Shown here one piece after another: positions 22,755 to 32,837 of a stretch of DNA of 64,000 bases. Under the pieces are notes generated by a model. It was not told where the DNA came from. It ran no database searches and worked only from the letters and a program-made list of their open reading frames with translations. The stretch's first letter is position 1; every line of letters starts with the position of its first letter. Where the stretch lies: assembly GCA_001599295.1 (NCBI GenBank), contig BCGN01000002.1, forward strand, positions 930,001 to 994,000. The letters are read 5' to 3'. Source of the stretch: Sporopachydermia quercuum. Taxonomy: Eukaryota. The translations under genes were made by a program, and so were the position numbers.

Positions 22755-24314
22755 ATGCCTGAATCAATCAAGCAAGTAGAATCTGTAGATTCTATCAACA
22801 TAGATCCAATAGTAAGTGTAATAGCAGAAACTGAAGAACAAACTGTGAGGGTAGCCCTACGGACTACTAACAATAAACAGAAAGCATATGAAAGTATTGA
22901 TAAAAAAAGGAAATTTTTGTTCGGAGATAATGAAGGAGATGTGTTGCCTCAAGATGATGTCAGTATACAAGCTTACAAAGAGGTGAAGAAACAAGAAGAA
23001 TATGCAAATTTGAAGCTCCCACAATATCTACAGGAAAGGATTGTCGCAGTAGCGACAAAAAATACTGTTTTTGCTAATAAGCCGAAAGTTTTGACAGCTG
23101 ACGCGGAGGAAAGCTCTCAACAACAACCGCAATTATTGCTTGAGAACGGCATGGATAGTAATAATAGCAGCAATACAACAAATATCCGTAACAATACATC
23201 TCAGTCATTAACAGTCAGAAGTAAATCTCCAGAACAGGCTAATAGGATAAACGAGGCAAATCAGAAACCTTTTGCTTCAGAAGGTACAACTTCTTTGATC
23301 AAACGACAGCAACAATATTATATGCAAGAGAAGCCAACATGGCATGCACCCTGGAAACTAATGAGAGTGATTGCCGGACACACTGGATGGGTTAGAAGTG
23401 TATGTGTAGAACCAGATAATCAATGGTTTGCAACAGGGGCAGGTGATCGTACGATCAAAATTTGGGATTTAGCGTCAGGACGTTTGAAGTTAACGTTGAC
23501 GGGTCATATTATGACTGTGAGAGGTATAGCTATATCCGATAGACATCCATATATGTTTAGCTGTAGTGAAGATAAAACTGTGAAATGTTGGGATCTAGAA
23601 AGGAATACAGCTATAAGAGATTATCACGGACATCTAAGTTCTGTATATTCGATTGACATTCATCCTACCTTAGATTTGATTATGACAGCTGGTAGAGATG
23701 CAGTAGTAAGAGTATGGGATATCAGAACAAGAGTACCTGTTTATGTCCTATCAGGACACAAATCAACTATCAGCCAAGTGAAATGTCAAGAAGCCGATCC
23801 TCAAGTGATAACAACGTCTATGGACTCTACAGTAAGATTATGGGATTTAACTGCAGGAAAAACTCAAACCGTTCTAACTCATCATAAAAAGTCAGTGAGA
23901 GGACTAGCAGTTCATCCAGAAGAGTTTACATTTGCCACAGCTAGTCCAGATAATATCAAACAGTGGAAATGTCCAGAGGGATCCTTTATGCTCAATTTTG
24001 AGCCTCGACATGAGGCCATTGTTAACACTTTGAGTGTAAACTCTGATAATATTCTTTTTAGCGGTGGTGATGATGGAAGTCTTGCATTTTTTGATTGGAA
24101 GTCTGGGCATAAATTCCAAGAGCTGACAACAACAGAGATGCCAGGGTCATTAGAATCTGAACGTGGTGTCTTTGCTAGTACATTTGATAGATCCGGATTA
24201 CGTCTTATCACCACCGAAGCTGATAAAACAATAAAAGTATGGCGGGAAGATCCAGAAGCAACTCCTGAGACTCATCCTGGTATTGAGTGGAAACCAAAAC
24301 CAGTAATGTTCTAG
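22755..24314 (+). CDS. PRP46: NTC splicing factor Prp46/PLRG1 (WD40)
   Basis: [49 protein letters not shown]. Confidence 0.97.
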   Translation: MPESIKQVESVDSINIDPIVSVIAETEEQTVRVALRTTNNKQKAYESIDKKRKFLFGDNEGDVLPQDDVSIQAYKEVKKQEEYANLKLPQYLQERIVAVATKNTVFANKPKVLTADAEESSQQQPQLLLENGMDSNNSSNTTNIRNNTSQSLTVRSKSPEQANRINEANQKPFASEGTTSLIKRQQQYYMQEKPTWHAPWKLMRVIAGHTGWVRSVCVEPDNQWFATGAGDRTIKIWDLASGRLKLTLTGHIMTVRGIAISDRHPYMFSCSEDKTVKCWDLERNTAIRDYHGHLSSVYSIDIHPTLDLIMTAGRDAVVRVWDIRTRVPVYVLSGHKSTISQVKCQEADPQVITTSMDSTVRLWDLTAGKTQTVLTHHKKSVRGLAVHPEEFTFATASPDNIKQWKCPEGSFMLNFEPRHEAIVNTLSVNSDNILFSGGDDGSLAFFDWKSGHKFQELTTTEMPGSLESERGVFASTFDRSGLRLITTEADKTIKVWREDPEATPETHPGIEWKPKPVMF

Positions 24315-24482
24315 GTAAACATGAAATCTGAAATATGAAAAGCTGGCAGTGTTGTATATAAATGTTTTCGTGTATTATATATGGTTTAATATGATTTAAT
24401 AACTCATTCATTCGATATAAGCTGTAATTGTTCAGTAAACGGAACTCATCAAGGAGTACCAGTGAATATCGGACAAGATGTT

Positions 24483-24504
24483 ATCACGTGAACCATCACG
24501 TGAA
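24483..24504. promoter_or_regulatory. Tandem ATCACGTGA bHLH (Cbf1-type) sites upstream of ESA1
   Basis: atcacgtga at 24483-24491 and 24496-24504. Confidence 0.6.
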
Positions 24505-24871
24505 AGAATTTTCTTTTGGATGTTTGGGTTTCCCCAGCTTGCCTCAACATGAAAATGAAAAGTTGTTTATTATGAGAGCAGAGCCTAATCTATTTAATGA
24601 TTATTATTTTAATAAAAATGAAAATATACCAAAGGGCCAGCTGTGTTTCAATATTTACGACGAGTATTTCAGAGGGATCTCCTTAGACTGTGGACATACC
24701 TATATAGTCTCTTGCCACTTAGTGATAGGTGGCATATGTGTGCATAAGTAAGTCCGTAGTGTACCAGAGGGAGAATAATAACTCATCAACTGATTGCTGG
24801 CAATTAGTATTTTATATTTACGAAAGATAAGAATTCGTGAATAAAAGGCAGAGTTTGATATAATAGGAACA

Positions 24872-26266
24872 ATGAGTGGTGGTGATGCAGAAAAGGATAC
24901 CTCTCCAGGGCCAATGAGAGAGAACGTGAAACCTGAAGAAGTGATTGTGGGATGTAAATGTCTAGCGGAGAAAGACGGAGAAAAACGTAAAGCAGAAATC
25001 ATTGCCGTCCATACAAGGAAAGGTAAACTGATATTTTATGTTCATTATCAGGATTTCAACAAGCGTTTAGATGAATGGATCTCTGGGGATCGAATTGACT
25101 TTAGCCAACCCATAGAATGGCCAAAATCTGCTACGCAGAAGAAAACTATTCCAGGTAGAGGCAAAGTACAGGGAAAAGACACGAAAAAGAAGAAAAAAGG
25201 AACGGATACAGGCGTTTCGACACCCAACACAGCCGAGGGAACTCCAGGTGGCTCAAGCAAAGAAGGAACTAGTGATGTTATGGATTTGGATAATTTGGAT
25301 GTTCAAGGATTGAAAAAACAAGCAGGTGATGATTATTCTAGAGAAGATGAAATCAAAAAATTGAGGACGTCTGGCTCAATGACGCAAAATAACTCAGAAG
25401 TTGCCAGAGTACGAAATCTTTCTAAAATCATTATTGGCAATCATATAATTGAACCGTGGTATTTCTCACCGTATCCCATTGAACTAACTGAAGAGGATGT
25501 ATTATACATATGCGATCTTTCTATGAGCTATTTTGGATCCAAGAAACAATTTGAAAGATTCAGAAAGAAGTGTACCTTGAGACATCCTCCTGGTAATGAA
25601 ATTTACAGAGATGATTATGTATCGTTCTGGGAGATTGATGGTAGAAAACAAAGAACTTGGTGTCGAAATCTATGTCTGTTCTCTAAGTTATTTCTTGATC
25701 ATAAGACGTTGTATTACGATGTTGATCCTTTTCTTTTTTACTGTATGACGAGAAAAGACGAACTAGGTCATCATTTAGTAGGGTATTTTTCAAAAGAGAA
25801 AGAATCTGCAGATGGGTATAATGTGGCATGTATTCTTACGTTACCACAGTATCAGCGACATGGATATGGACGTTTATTGATCCAGTTTTCATATGAATTA
25901 TCTAAAAAAGAGGGAAAAGTTGGATCGCCCGAAAAACCGTTGTCTGATTTAGGTCTAATGAGTTACCGAGCGTATTGGTCTGATAGTTTAACGATATTAT
26001 TATGTGAACTAGTAGAAGAAAAGAAAGAAGTAACCATTGATGAGATATCAGGTTTAACGGCCATGACTACAACTGATATTCTTCATACTTTACAAGCTTT
26101 GAACAGTCTAAAGTATTATAAAGGTTCACATATTATATGCATAACTGATGCTTTAAAGGAAAAGTATGACAAGCTGATGAAGAAGAATAGAAGAGTACTG
26201 GACCCAGCAAAACTGATATGGACACCTCCGATTTTCACGGCCTCACAGTTAAGATTTGGATGGTAA
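24872..26266 (+). CDS. ESA1: NuA4 MYST histone acetyltransferase
   Basis: Chromo-barrel FYVHYQDFNKRLDEW, EIKKLRTSGSMTQ, KLFLDHKTLYYDVDPF, GSPEKPLSDLG, C-terminal QLRFGW. Confidence 0.98.
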   Translation: MSGGDAEKDTSPGPMRENVKPEEVIVGCKCLAEKDGEKRKAEIIAVHTRKGKLIFYVHYQDFNKRLDEWISGDRIDFSQPIEWPKSATQKKTIPGRGKVQGKDTKKKKKGTDTGVSTPNTAEGTPGGSSKEGTSDVMDLDNLDVQGLKKQAGDDYSREDEIKKLRTSGSMTQNNSEVARVRNLSKIIIGNHIIEPWYFSPYPIELTEEDVLYICDLSMSYFGSKKQFERFRKKCTLRHPPGNEIYRDDYVSFWEIDGRKQRTWCRNLCLFSKLFLDHKTLYYDVDPFLFYCMTRKDELGHHLVGYFSKEKESADGYNVACILTLPQYQRHGYGRLLIQFSYELSKKEGKVGSPEKPLSDLGLMSYRAYWSDSLTILLCELVEEKKEVTIDEISGLTAMTTTDILHTLQALNSLKYYKGSHIICITDALKEKYDKLMKKNRRVLDPAKLIWTPPIFTASQLRFGW

Positions 26267-26406
26267 TTAATACTTAGGGTGTTCGTTATTTGTGACTACA
26301 AACAGATTGGTTATAAATAATATGCTTCTCTTCTCAGAGTATATAAGTAATTCGTGTTTTCATGAATACAGTTAATGTAATGTATTTTTAGTGTTATCAA
26401 TGAGTT

Positions 26407-27800
26407 TTAATCAAAAGGAATTGGTCTAGATCTTGACTTATGTACATTTTCTGCCTGCTTGACTGCTATAGCACTAGGAACCTTTATACCACAACAATCC
26501 CCATAGGTACTATGCACAACTTCGCCCTCATCATCAGTTGTACTCACATTTAAGTCATCAGCATTGTTTAGGTGAATTTTAGTATAGTTATACACTTTGT
26601 TGTTCTCTATCACAATAGGCAAATTGGTGGAGACATGGTGATGATGGCCGCAACCATCAGGATCTGGTGAAACATTCTCAATATCACCAGTTTCAATTCC
26701 CGTCCCTGGCGGTGCTGGTAACAAATTACCGAAGAAAAAATGCTGTATAATAGGCAATTTACCTAACACTTCTGCTTTATACATTTTAATCATACCTTCA
26801 TTAACTTTCGCCCATGTTTTAACACCAGAAATGTCATCCAACATAGGAGAATGCCATCTTAATGTTGCTTCTGTTTTTATTGAATTGATGAAATAGATAC
26901 AATCAAGATAAACGTATTTATCGCGAAATTCTTCCAATATATCGCAGTTGTGAATAGATTTAGGTTTCAAGTGTTTATGAAGTGCCAATTGAGAAGAACC
27001 AAATAAAAATGGTAAGAAATGGTAATCATCAAGACCCCATACCCCATGAGAACCAGCAGGTTCCAACCAGTAAGTCATTTGTATCTTACGCATGGCAGGC
27101 AGATATGTTTTGATGAACAGCCTAATGACGATAGCAGTATAATCCTCATTATGAATTATCCCTAATCGTTTAAGACATAGTAAGAAGCATATGAAGTTTA
27201 GCTCATGCCCAGACCCATAATCTATTCTGTTTTTATTACCCCAACTTTCACCCAAATAGAATTTTAATTCTATGAAAGGACTTTCTGACTCCTCGTCAGA
27301 ATTATATTTTTCTAAACCAGGAATTGTTCTTAACAGTCCTGGTAGTGTTTCCTGTACATAGTCATAAAAAGATCTAAACTCTAGTTTACCAAATCTTGAA
27401 GCTACTTGATCTGCCACTGGGAATTGGTCTACATCGGAGTGCACAGTTGATACTATATTGATTAACGATTTTGTAGTCTAGAAGATGAGAATTATGTTAG
27501 TAATTGTACAATCAGGATACCGAATTTATGGCTTGAAGTAACAAATAATTCTGAGATTACCAGAATCTCCGTGGAATAAAACTATCAAGTACAACATACC
27601 TCTGATTCAATACACTCAGTATTGTTATCTTTGCCTTTGACACTTTCATTCAAATTCACTAGAAAATCTACAATCTCATTGTATGTCGCACTGTTTTTGA
27701 ATAATTCTAGATCGTTTTGACTCAAAATTTGCCTTGTTGGTTTAACAAATGTTTCTGGAGCTTTATTTGGTAACCTTTCAGCGCTTGATTCTTCAGTCAT
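26407..27800 (-). CDS. RRD2: PP2A activator (PTPA); spliced join 27800-27600, 27477-26407 (~423 aa)
   Basis: RIDYGSGHELNF, YWLEPAGSHGVWGLDDYHFLPF, GDCCGIKVPSA, PIPFD end; two track ORFs joined in frame by one intron. Confidence 0.95.
27478..27599 (-). other. RRD2 intron (122 nt, phase 0)
   Basis: Donor GTATGT, branch TACTAAC 27502-27496, acceptor TAG; joins ..IESE|TTKSLINIVSTVHSD. Confidence 0.93.
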
Positions 27801-28585
27801 GATGAACCTGCTAACCGCCGATGTGAAAATGTTTGAACGAGAAAGACAGAGATTTTTAGTTTGAGAACAAATTTATCGTATTTCTTCAAAATTGGAAGAT
27901 GGTAGAAATCTAATGGAATAAGAATTACTTTCAAATGATTCAAATAATGTAGGAGTGTAGCGAATAATTAATAAATTCACTGTTTTTTTGCCGCTCAATG
28001 ATAATAATATGTTTCACTCTGATTAACCTGAAGATCTCATCAGATTAAGTAAGAATACGGAGATGATAAAACTGATAATCTCCGAATTCTGTGTGACAAT
28101 TTGCTTGTGACATGAATGACATTGCAAGTGATATTAATCTCACTCAATGACAGATGAGTATGACAATTTAGATTATCTAAGAGCGGCTTGGAGCAGGACA
28201 TGAATAGGGAAGATGATATATCTGTTATCCTTGTTACGAGAGCCTTGTTGCTTAGTTCAACCTTTGAAAAACGAGAGGTATATTAATACTAGATTTAAGT
28301 AGAAATACATGATGTATAAGAGCGGAGCATAATTGAAGATCTGTCTCCATAATTAATGCTGTAACCATCTTACTACTGTTTNTATCACTGCTTACTCAAT
28401 ACATATATATACAACTGGTAGAGTAGTATCGATATACTAAAATCATTATTAGAAATTAAATATTTATTTACAAGAGTTCTATTAGACACCAATAGATATG
28501 TAGTTCAAGGTAACATGGATAACGAACGTATCTCAAAGCATAGATAAGATGATTAGAAAAAGAAAGATGTGATCATCATTCTCAT

Positions 28586-29641
28586 TTACTTTTCCTCGAC
28601 GTCTTTCTTCGGTTCTGGGGATTCAGATGCATCCTCTTCTTTATCAGTATCCTTTTCAGCATCTGCATTAGCCTTAGCACGTTTCACATCACTCATCATT
28701 CTGTTAGGATATTGCCACATCCTTTTACCTGAACTGTCTTTCCTATAAACCGGTCTAAATCTTCCACTTGTCCTCAGAAATATAGACTCTTGAGCAACAG
28801 GTTCTGCTTTCTTTTCCTCTATTGTCTCAGTATGTTTTGTTGGTTCTTTAGGAGATTTGGATTTTATTTTCAACTCGTTACGAAGTCTTTCAAGTTCTTG
28901 TGGAGAAGGAGGACCTTGAAAAGGCCTTAATTTCTCCCTAATTGATCTGGGGATGGTTGTCCATTCGGGATACGATTCTAATCCCATTGCGCTTGACACC
29001 CATCTGTCAGCAGAATATTTTGGTGATGATCTCGAAGACTGGGTATTTGAATTGTCATTGATACTCGCTTTAGGACTATCGAACGAGTCTGCATTATCCT
29101 GGTAAATGTGAATCTCTAACTCGATGTGATCGTTTTCTGATGGCACTTCGTCGTCTTTTGGTAGTCTAGATACTAAACTATAAATATCTTTTGAATTGAA
29201 TTCTCTGAGGGTTGGTGTTTTGGTTGTAGCATCTTCATCTACAGTGTGTAATCTGCTTAACTGATGATGAGGCATGACAGGGAACGGTCTATGCCCGGTG
29301 AATAAGGATTTGGCAAAAAACTCCTTTGCTAATATATTATTAGTTGCTGGCACCTTTGGCACCCATTCAAAACTTCTTGATTTATAATTCTTGTCATCTT
29401 GTTTTTTTTCCGTCTTCGCTGCTTCTTTTGCTTCTCTAGTCTTAACATCACGTTTATTTGACTTCACCTTGTTATGATGAGCAACTTTGGTAGTTCGGCT
29501 GATTGGGAAAACAGTTTTCCCATTTGACGAAGAATGGTTAAATCTTACTCCTATTGGAGATGAATATCTCAATGTCGTCCTTGATTGTCCTACCAATGAA
29601 CAAATCATTTTTTGTTGACTAGATGGTATACGGGTAGTCAT
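28586..29641 (-). CDS. PET20: Mitochondrial Pet20/Sue1/Mrx6-family protein
   Basis: Presequence-like N-terminus; WVPKVPATNNI...LFTGHRP and WVSSAMG..YPEWTTIP..IREKLRPF blocks; same strand as and near KIP2, like PET20 in S. cerevisiae. Confidence 0.65.
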   Translation of the reverse strand: MTTRIPSSQQKMICSLVGQSRTTLRYSSPIGVRFNHSSSNGKTVFPISRTTKVAHHNKVKSNKRDVKTREAKEAAKTEKKQDDKNYKSRSFEWVPKVPATNNILAKEFFAKSLFTGHRPFPVMPHHQLSRLHTVDEDATTKTPTLREFNSKDIYSLVSRLPKDDEVPSENDHIELEIHIYQDNADSFDSPKASINDNSNTQSSRSSPKYSADRWVSSAMGLESYPEWTTIPRSIREKLRPFQGPPSPQELERLRNELKIKSKSPKEPTKHTETIEEKKAEPVAQESIFLRTSGRFRPVYRKDSSGKRMWQYPNRMMSDVKRAKANADAEKDTDKEEDASESPEPKKDVEEK

Positions 29642-30575
29642 TCTGTGTATCTTGTGTGCTATATTATGATATGATTGATGATGGCAACCTTTAAGAATGC
29701 AGATGTATTATGGAACAAAACTCCAACTGGAAAAGGTCAATGCTGTAAACAAAACAACAAGTTAGCAATTCTCGAAGATTTTGGTTTCTGATACTGCAAA
29801 TATAGAAAAACTAGAACAGAGGCTGCTGCTCTTATCTTGATAAGTGGTAAGCATAATTGAGCTATGCATAAACCTGAGATGATGCTGGAACAATTTGGAT
29901 AGTTTGGCCGCCACCCAATCACCTTCACAGAAATTTAGCGTAATCAAAAAATGGATCTGGTTTATTTTGACCACCCAAAATGGGACAAGTGTTGTGTGAA
30001 TCTTTCTATGATCAATGAATTCTAGGATTAGGATAAATAAATCGTGTGATCTCTCTCTTTTAAAGAGTTTCACTTAACGGTTTCTCATTCTGAAATTAAA
30101 GCAGTGACATTAACTGATAAGACAGTTTGTCAATCTAATTGTTAATTATTAATTATCAGCATTAGTTCTCTCTACTGTTCTTCCATTGAACATATATTAC
30201 ATGACGTAATCATTCCGAAATTCTCTGAAAGCCGAGATGCCGCCGTGTTAGGCGGTTATATCGTGAAAGTATTCACTCTCTCATTTCATTCATGCCTATA
30301 ACATACAATAATGATCTTTTTACGAGGATGGGTATATTTATAGCATTGATTCTTTTCCCATTTTCTAACTATGTATTTGGGAGTGTCTTACATATGAATT
30401 GGTGAAAGGATAATATCTTTTAGCTCCACTAGAAGACTCAGATTATTAGGTGTCTTTGATCTTTCGTTATCGCAACATTAAACTAGTTTTATCTACGCTT
30501 ACTTTGAATTGATCAAGTTTGCTATCAGTTTTCATCTTATCACTTCATTAAAGTAGTATCACAATCAAATATAAA

Positions 30576-31907
30576 ATGGTTGGTGTTAGATCAGTTGTTG
30601 AAAACTATTATTCAAGTACTCCCCTCACATTATCTCTTCGTGATGGATCAACTAGTACATTCTCTAAATTCATCGATAACATACCTGGTTTCAAATCTGG
30701 TTCATCCACATTTTTAAGCCCATTATTATTTTCAGGTCATCTTCAAACATCTTTCACACAATCGCCAAGCATTGAGCATATAGACGAAGTTTATTACGGT
30801 CGTGAAGTCTACATAGTGTCTGATTCAAGCAGCTTTACAGTTGATCATGCTATTGATAAAGACTTGTATGAATCAAACGAAAAATATGTACCTGATATTG
30901 GTCCAGATTTATTAGGCACGTTACCTCAGAGGACTAGATATTTAACATCGGATGAAAGATCTTTATTGTTGCAGAAAAATAAGCCAATGGTTGTCATCCT
31001 TCATGGTTTAGCTGGTGGATCAAATGAAGCTTATGTTAGGTCTCTAGTACGACAAATTGAAGTAATTGGCGAGAAAGATAAATCAAAGGAGCTTCACGCA
31101 TGTGTAGTGAATTCTCGTGGCTGTGCAGGTAGTAAAATCGGTACATCTAGATTGTTCTGTGCGTTATGGACAGACGACATTCGTTATTTTCTCAACAATG
31201 TAAGAAAATACGATACAACGACAAACCAACATAGAGTTATGATGGGCGTTGGTTTTTCATTAGGAGGTGCGATCTTAGGTAATTATATGGGACAAGAAGG
31301 TGATTCAAGTGAGTTGGATGCGGCTGTAATTGTTTCAGCACCATGGGATTTATCTTATAGTGACTATTATCTAAGGTCGAGTGTTATTGGTCGCTATGTT
31401 TATTCCAAAGCTATGGCAAAATCATTGAAACGGTTATTAAATCAGCATATGTATAAATTACAAGAAAATGAAATTGTCAGGGAAGGTGTGAAAAGTTTAG
31501 ATGGCATCAGGACAATTCATGATTTTGATAATACATTCACTTCACGAATGTTTGGTTTTAATACTGCCGGAGAGTATTACAGATATGCATCACCAATTCT
31601 GCGATGTAGCCGAATTCGAAAGCCTACAATTATTATAAATTCTTTGGATGATCCTATTGTTGGAGGAGTTTCATTACCGTTTGATGAAACTGAAAGAAAT
31701 CCGTATTTATTGATGGTAACTACGTCTTTGGGTGGTCATATCGGCTGGTTTAGAGCATTCAATGATAAAAATGGATGTAATCGATGGTATTCTTCACCAA
31801 TAGCGACATTTTTCAATAATTTTGCAAGTTCTGTTGATACCTCAGTGGAACAGAAAGTTGAAAGTTTACCATTCAAATATGAGATTGATCGTTTAGTGTT
31901 CAATTGA
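30576..31907 (+). CDS. Alpha/beta hydrolase, Eht1/Eeb1/Mgl2 family (acyl-CoA:ethanol acyltransferase/esterase)
   Basis: LFSGHLQT, LHGLAGGSNEAYVR, nucleophile GFSLGG, DDP Asp, GGHIGW His. Confidence 0.9.
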   Translation: MVGVRSVVENYYSSTPLTLSLRDGSTSTFSKFIDNIPGFKSGSSTFLSPLLFSGHLQTSFTQSPSIEHIDEVYYGREVYIVSDSSSFTVDHAIDKDLYESNEKYVPDIGPDLLGTLPQRTRYLTSDERSLLLQKNKPMVVILHGLAGGSNEAYVRSLVRQIEVIGEKDKSKELHACVVNSRGCAGSKIGTSRLFCALWTDDIRYFLNNVRKYDTTTNQHRVMMGVGFSLGGAILGNYMGQEGDSSELDAAVIVSAPWDLSYSDYYLRSSVIGRYVYSKAMAKSLKRLLNQHMYKLQENEIVREGVKSLDGIRTIHDFDNTFTSRMFGFNTAGEYYRYASPILRCSRIRKPTIIINSLDDPIVGGVSLPFDETERNPYLLMVTTSLGGHIGWFRAFNDKNGCNRWYSSPIATFFNNFASSVDTSVEQKVESLPFKYEIDRLVFN

Positions 31908-32159
31908 GTAATCCAATATGATAGACAATGTACACAGAATATAAAGAGTACGACAATAGAATAATAGATATAATTAAGGGAAACCATCAATAAAGACTAC
32001 TACAATAAAAGGGATTATAATGTAGAATTAACTCTCCGAGCTACAATGCAGCAATTTAGAAATACATAAAATACACTTTTTTCATACTACTATAGTACTA
32101 ATCTTTTTAGCCACCTCATTCTAAGATCATGGTTCGTGTCGTTACTATTCTAATGACTG

Positions 32160-32837
32160 CTAATTGAATATATCANCAGGTTTATCCGCTATGTTTTGAT
32201 TATTTGCTTCCATTACCTGCTGCCTGGTTATAACATAGGAAGATGATGGAGGTTGTCTTGGAAGATAATACTTCAAAGAAAGCTGTTTTATTGGAGATTT
32301 CCCTGCCTCTGTCAATATATAGGAAGATGATTTCTTTAATGTTGACGCTTTTGAATCTGCTACAATCGAAGTTGTACCAGGCATAACAAAAGATGGAGCT
32401 GGTAACGGTTCTTTGGTATTGCTAACGAGATTGTGAATTGAAGGTTTTGATGGTTTGTCAGAAGGAACAGAAGGTAGGTCTATCTTTGGAACAGACTTTT
32501 CATGAGTATAGAGCTCGTTTGATGATGCAGATCTTCTAGCAATGTACTGCGATTGAAATGAGTAGAGCTTTTTCGATTTTGGTGTCAGTGTTGAAGATGA
32601 AGGAACTGAAAATCGTTGATGCTGTATGAGTTGAGATATGTTATCAATAAAAGGATCTGACGATTTATTTTGTGATGGGGCTGATATTCTCTTACTCATT
32701 GATTTATTCCTCCTTTGTACTTGCTGTTGTGATTCTAGTGATGATGAATGTATTGATGACAGAGAATTACTGATCCAGAAAGAAGGAGACGACGGTGGAA
32801 ATAATGGACTACCCAAATATTCTGGTTCGTAAGTCAT
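32160..32837 (-). CDS. Hypothetical Ser/Pro-rich protein, probably disordered
   Basis: 225-aa ATG ORF with A at -3, not overlapping another gene; no domain recognised. Confidence 0.55.
   Translation of the reverse strand: MTYEPEYLGSPLFPPSSPSFWISNSLSSIHSSSLESQQQVQRRNKSMSKRISAPSQNKSSDPFIDNISQLIQHQRFSVPSSSTLTPKSKKLYSFQSQYIARRSASSNELYTHEKSVPKIDLPSVPSDKPSKPSIHNLVSNTKEPLPAPSFVMPGTTSIVADSKASTLKKSSSYILTEAGKSPIKQLSLKYYLPRQPPSSSYVITRQQVMEANNQNIADKPXDIFN

Noticed and set aside
26520..26640. Extra ~40 aa in the RRD2 C-terminus as an in-frame intron
   Set aside because: Frame is open and there is no good branch-plus-acceptor pair; treated as a variable loop
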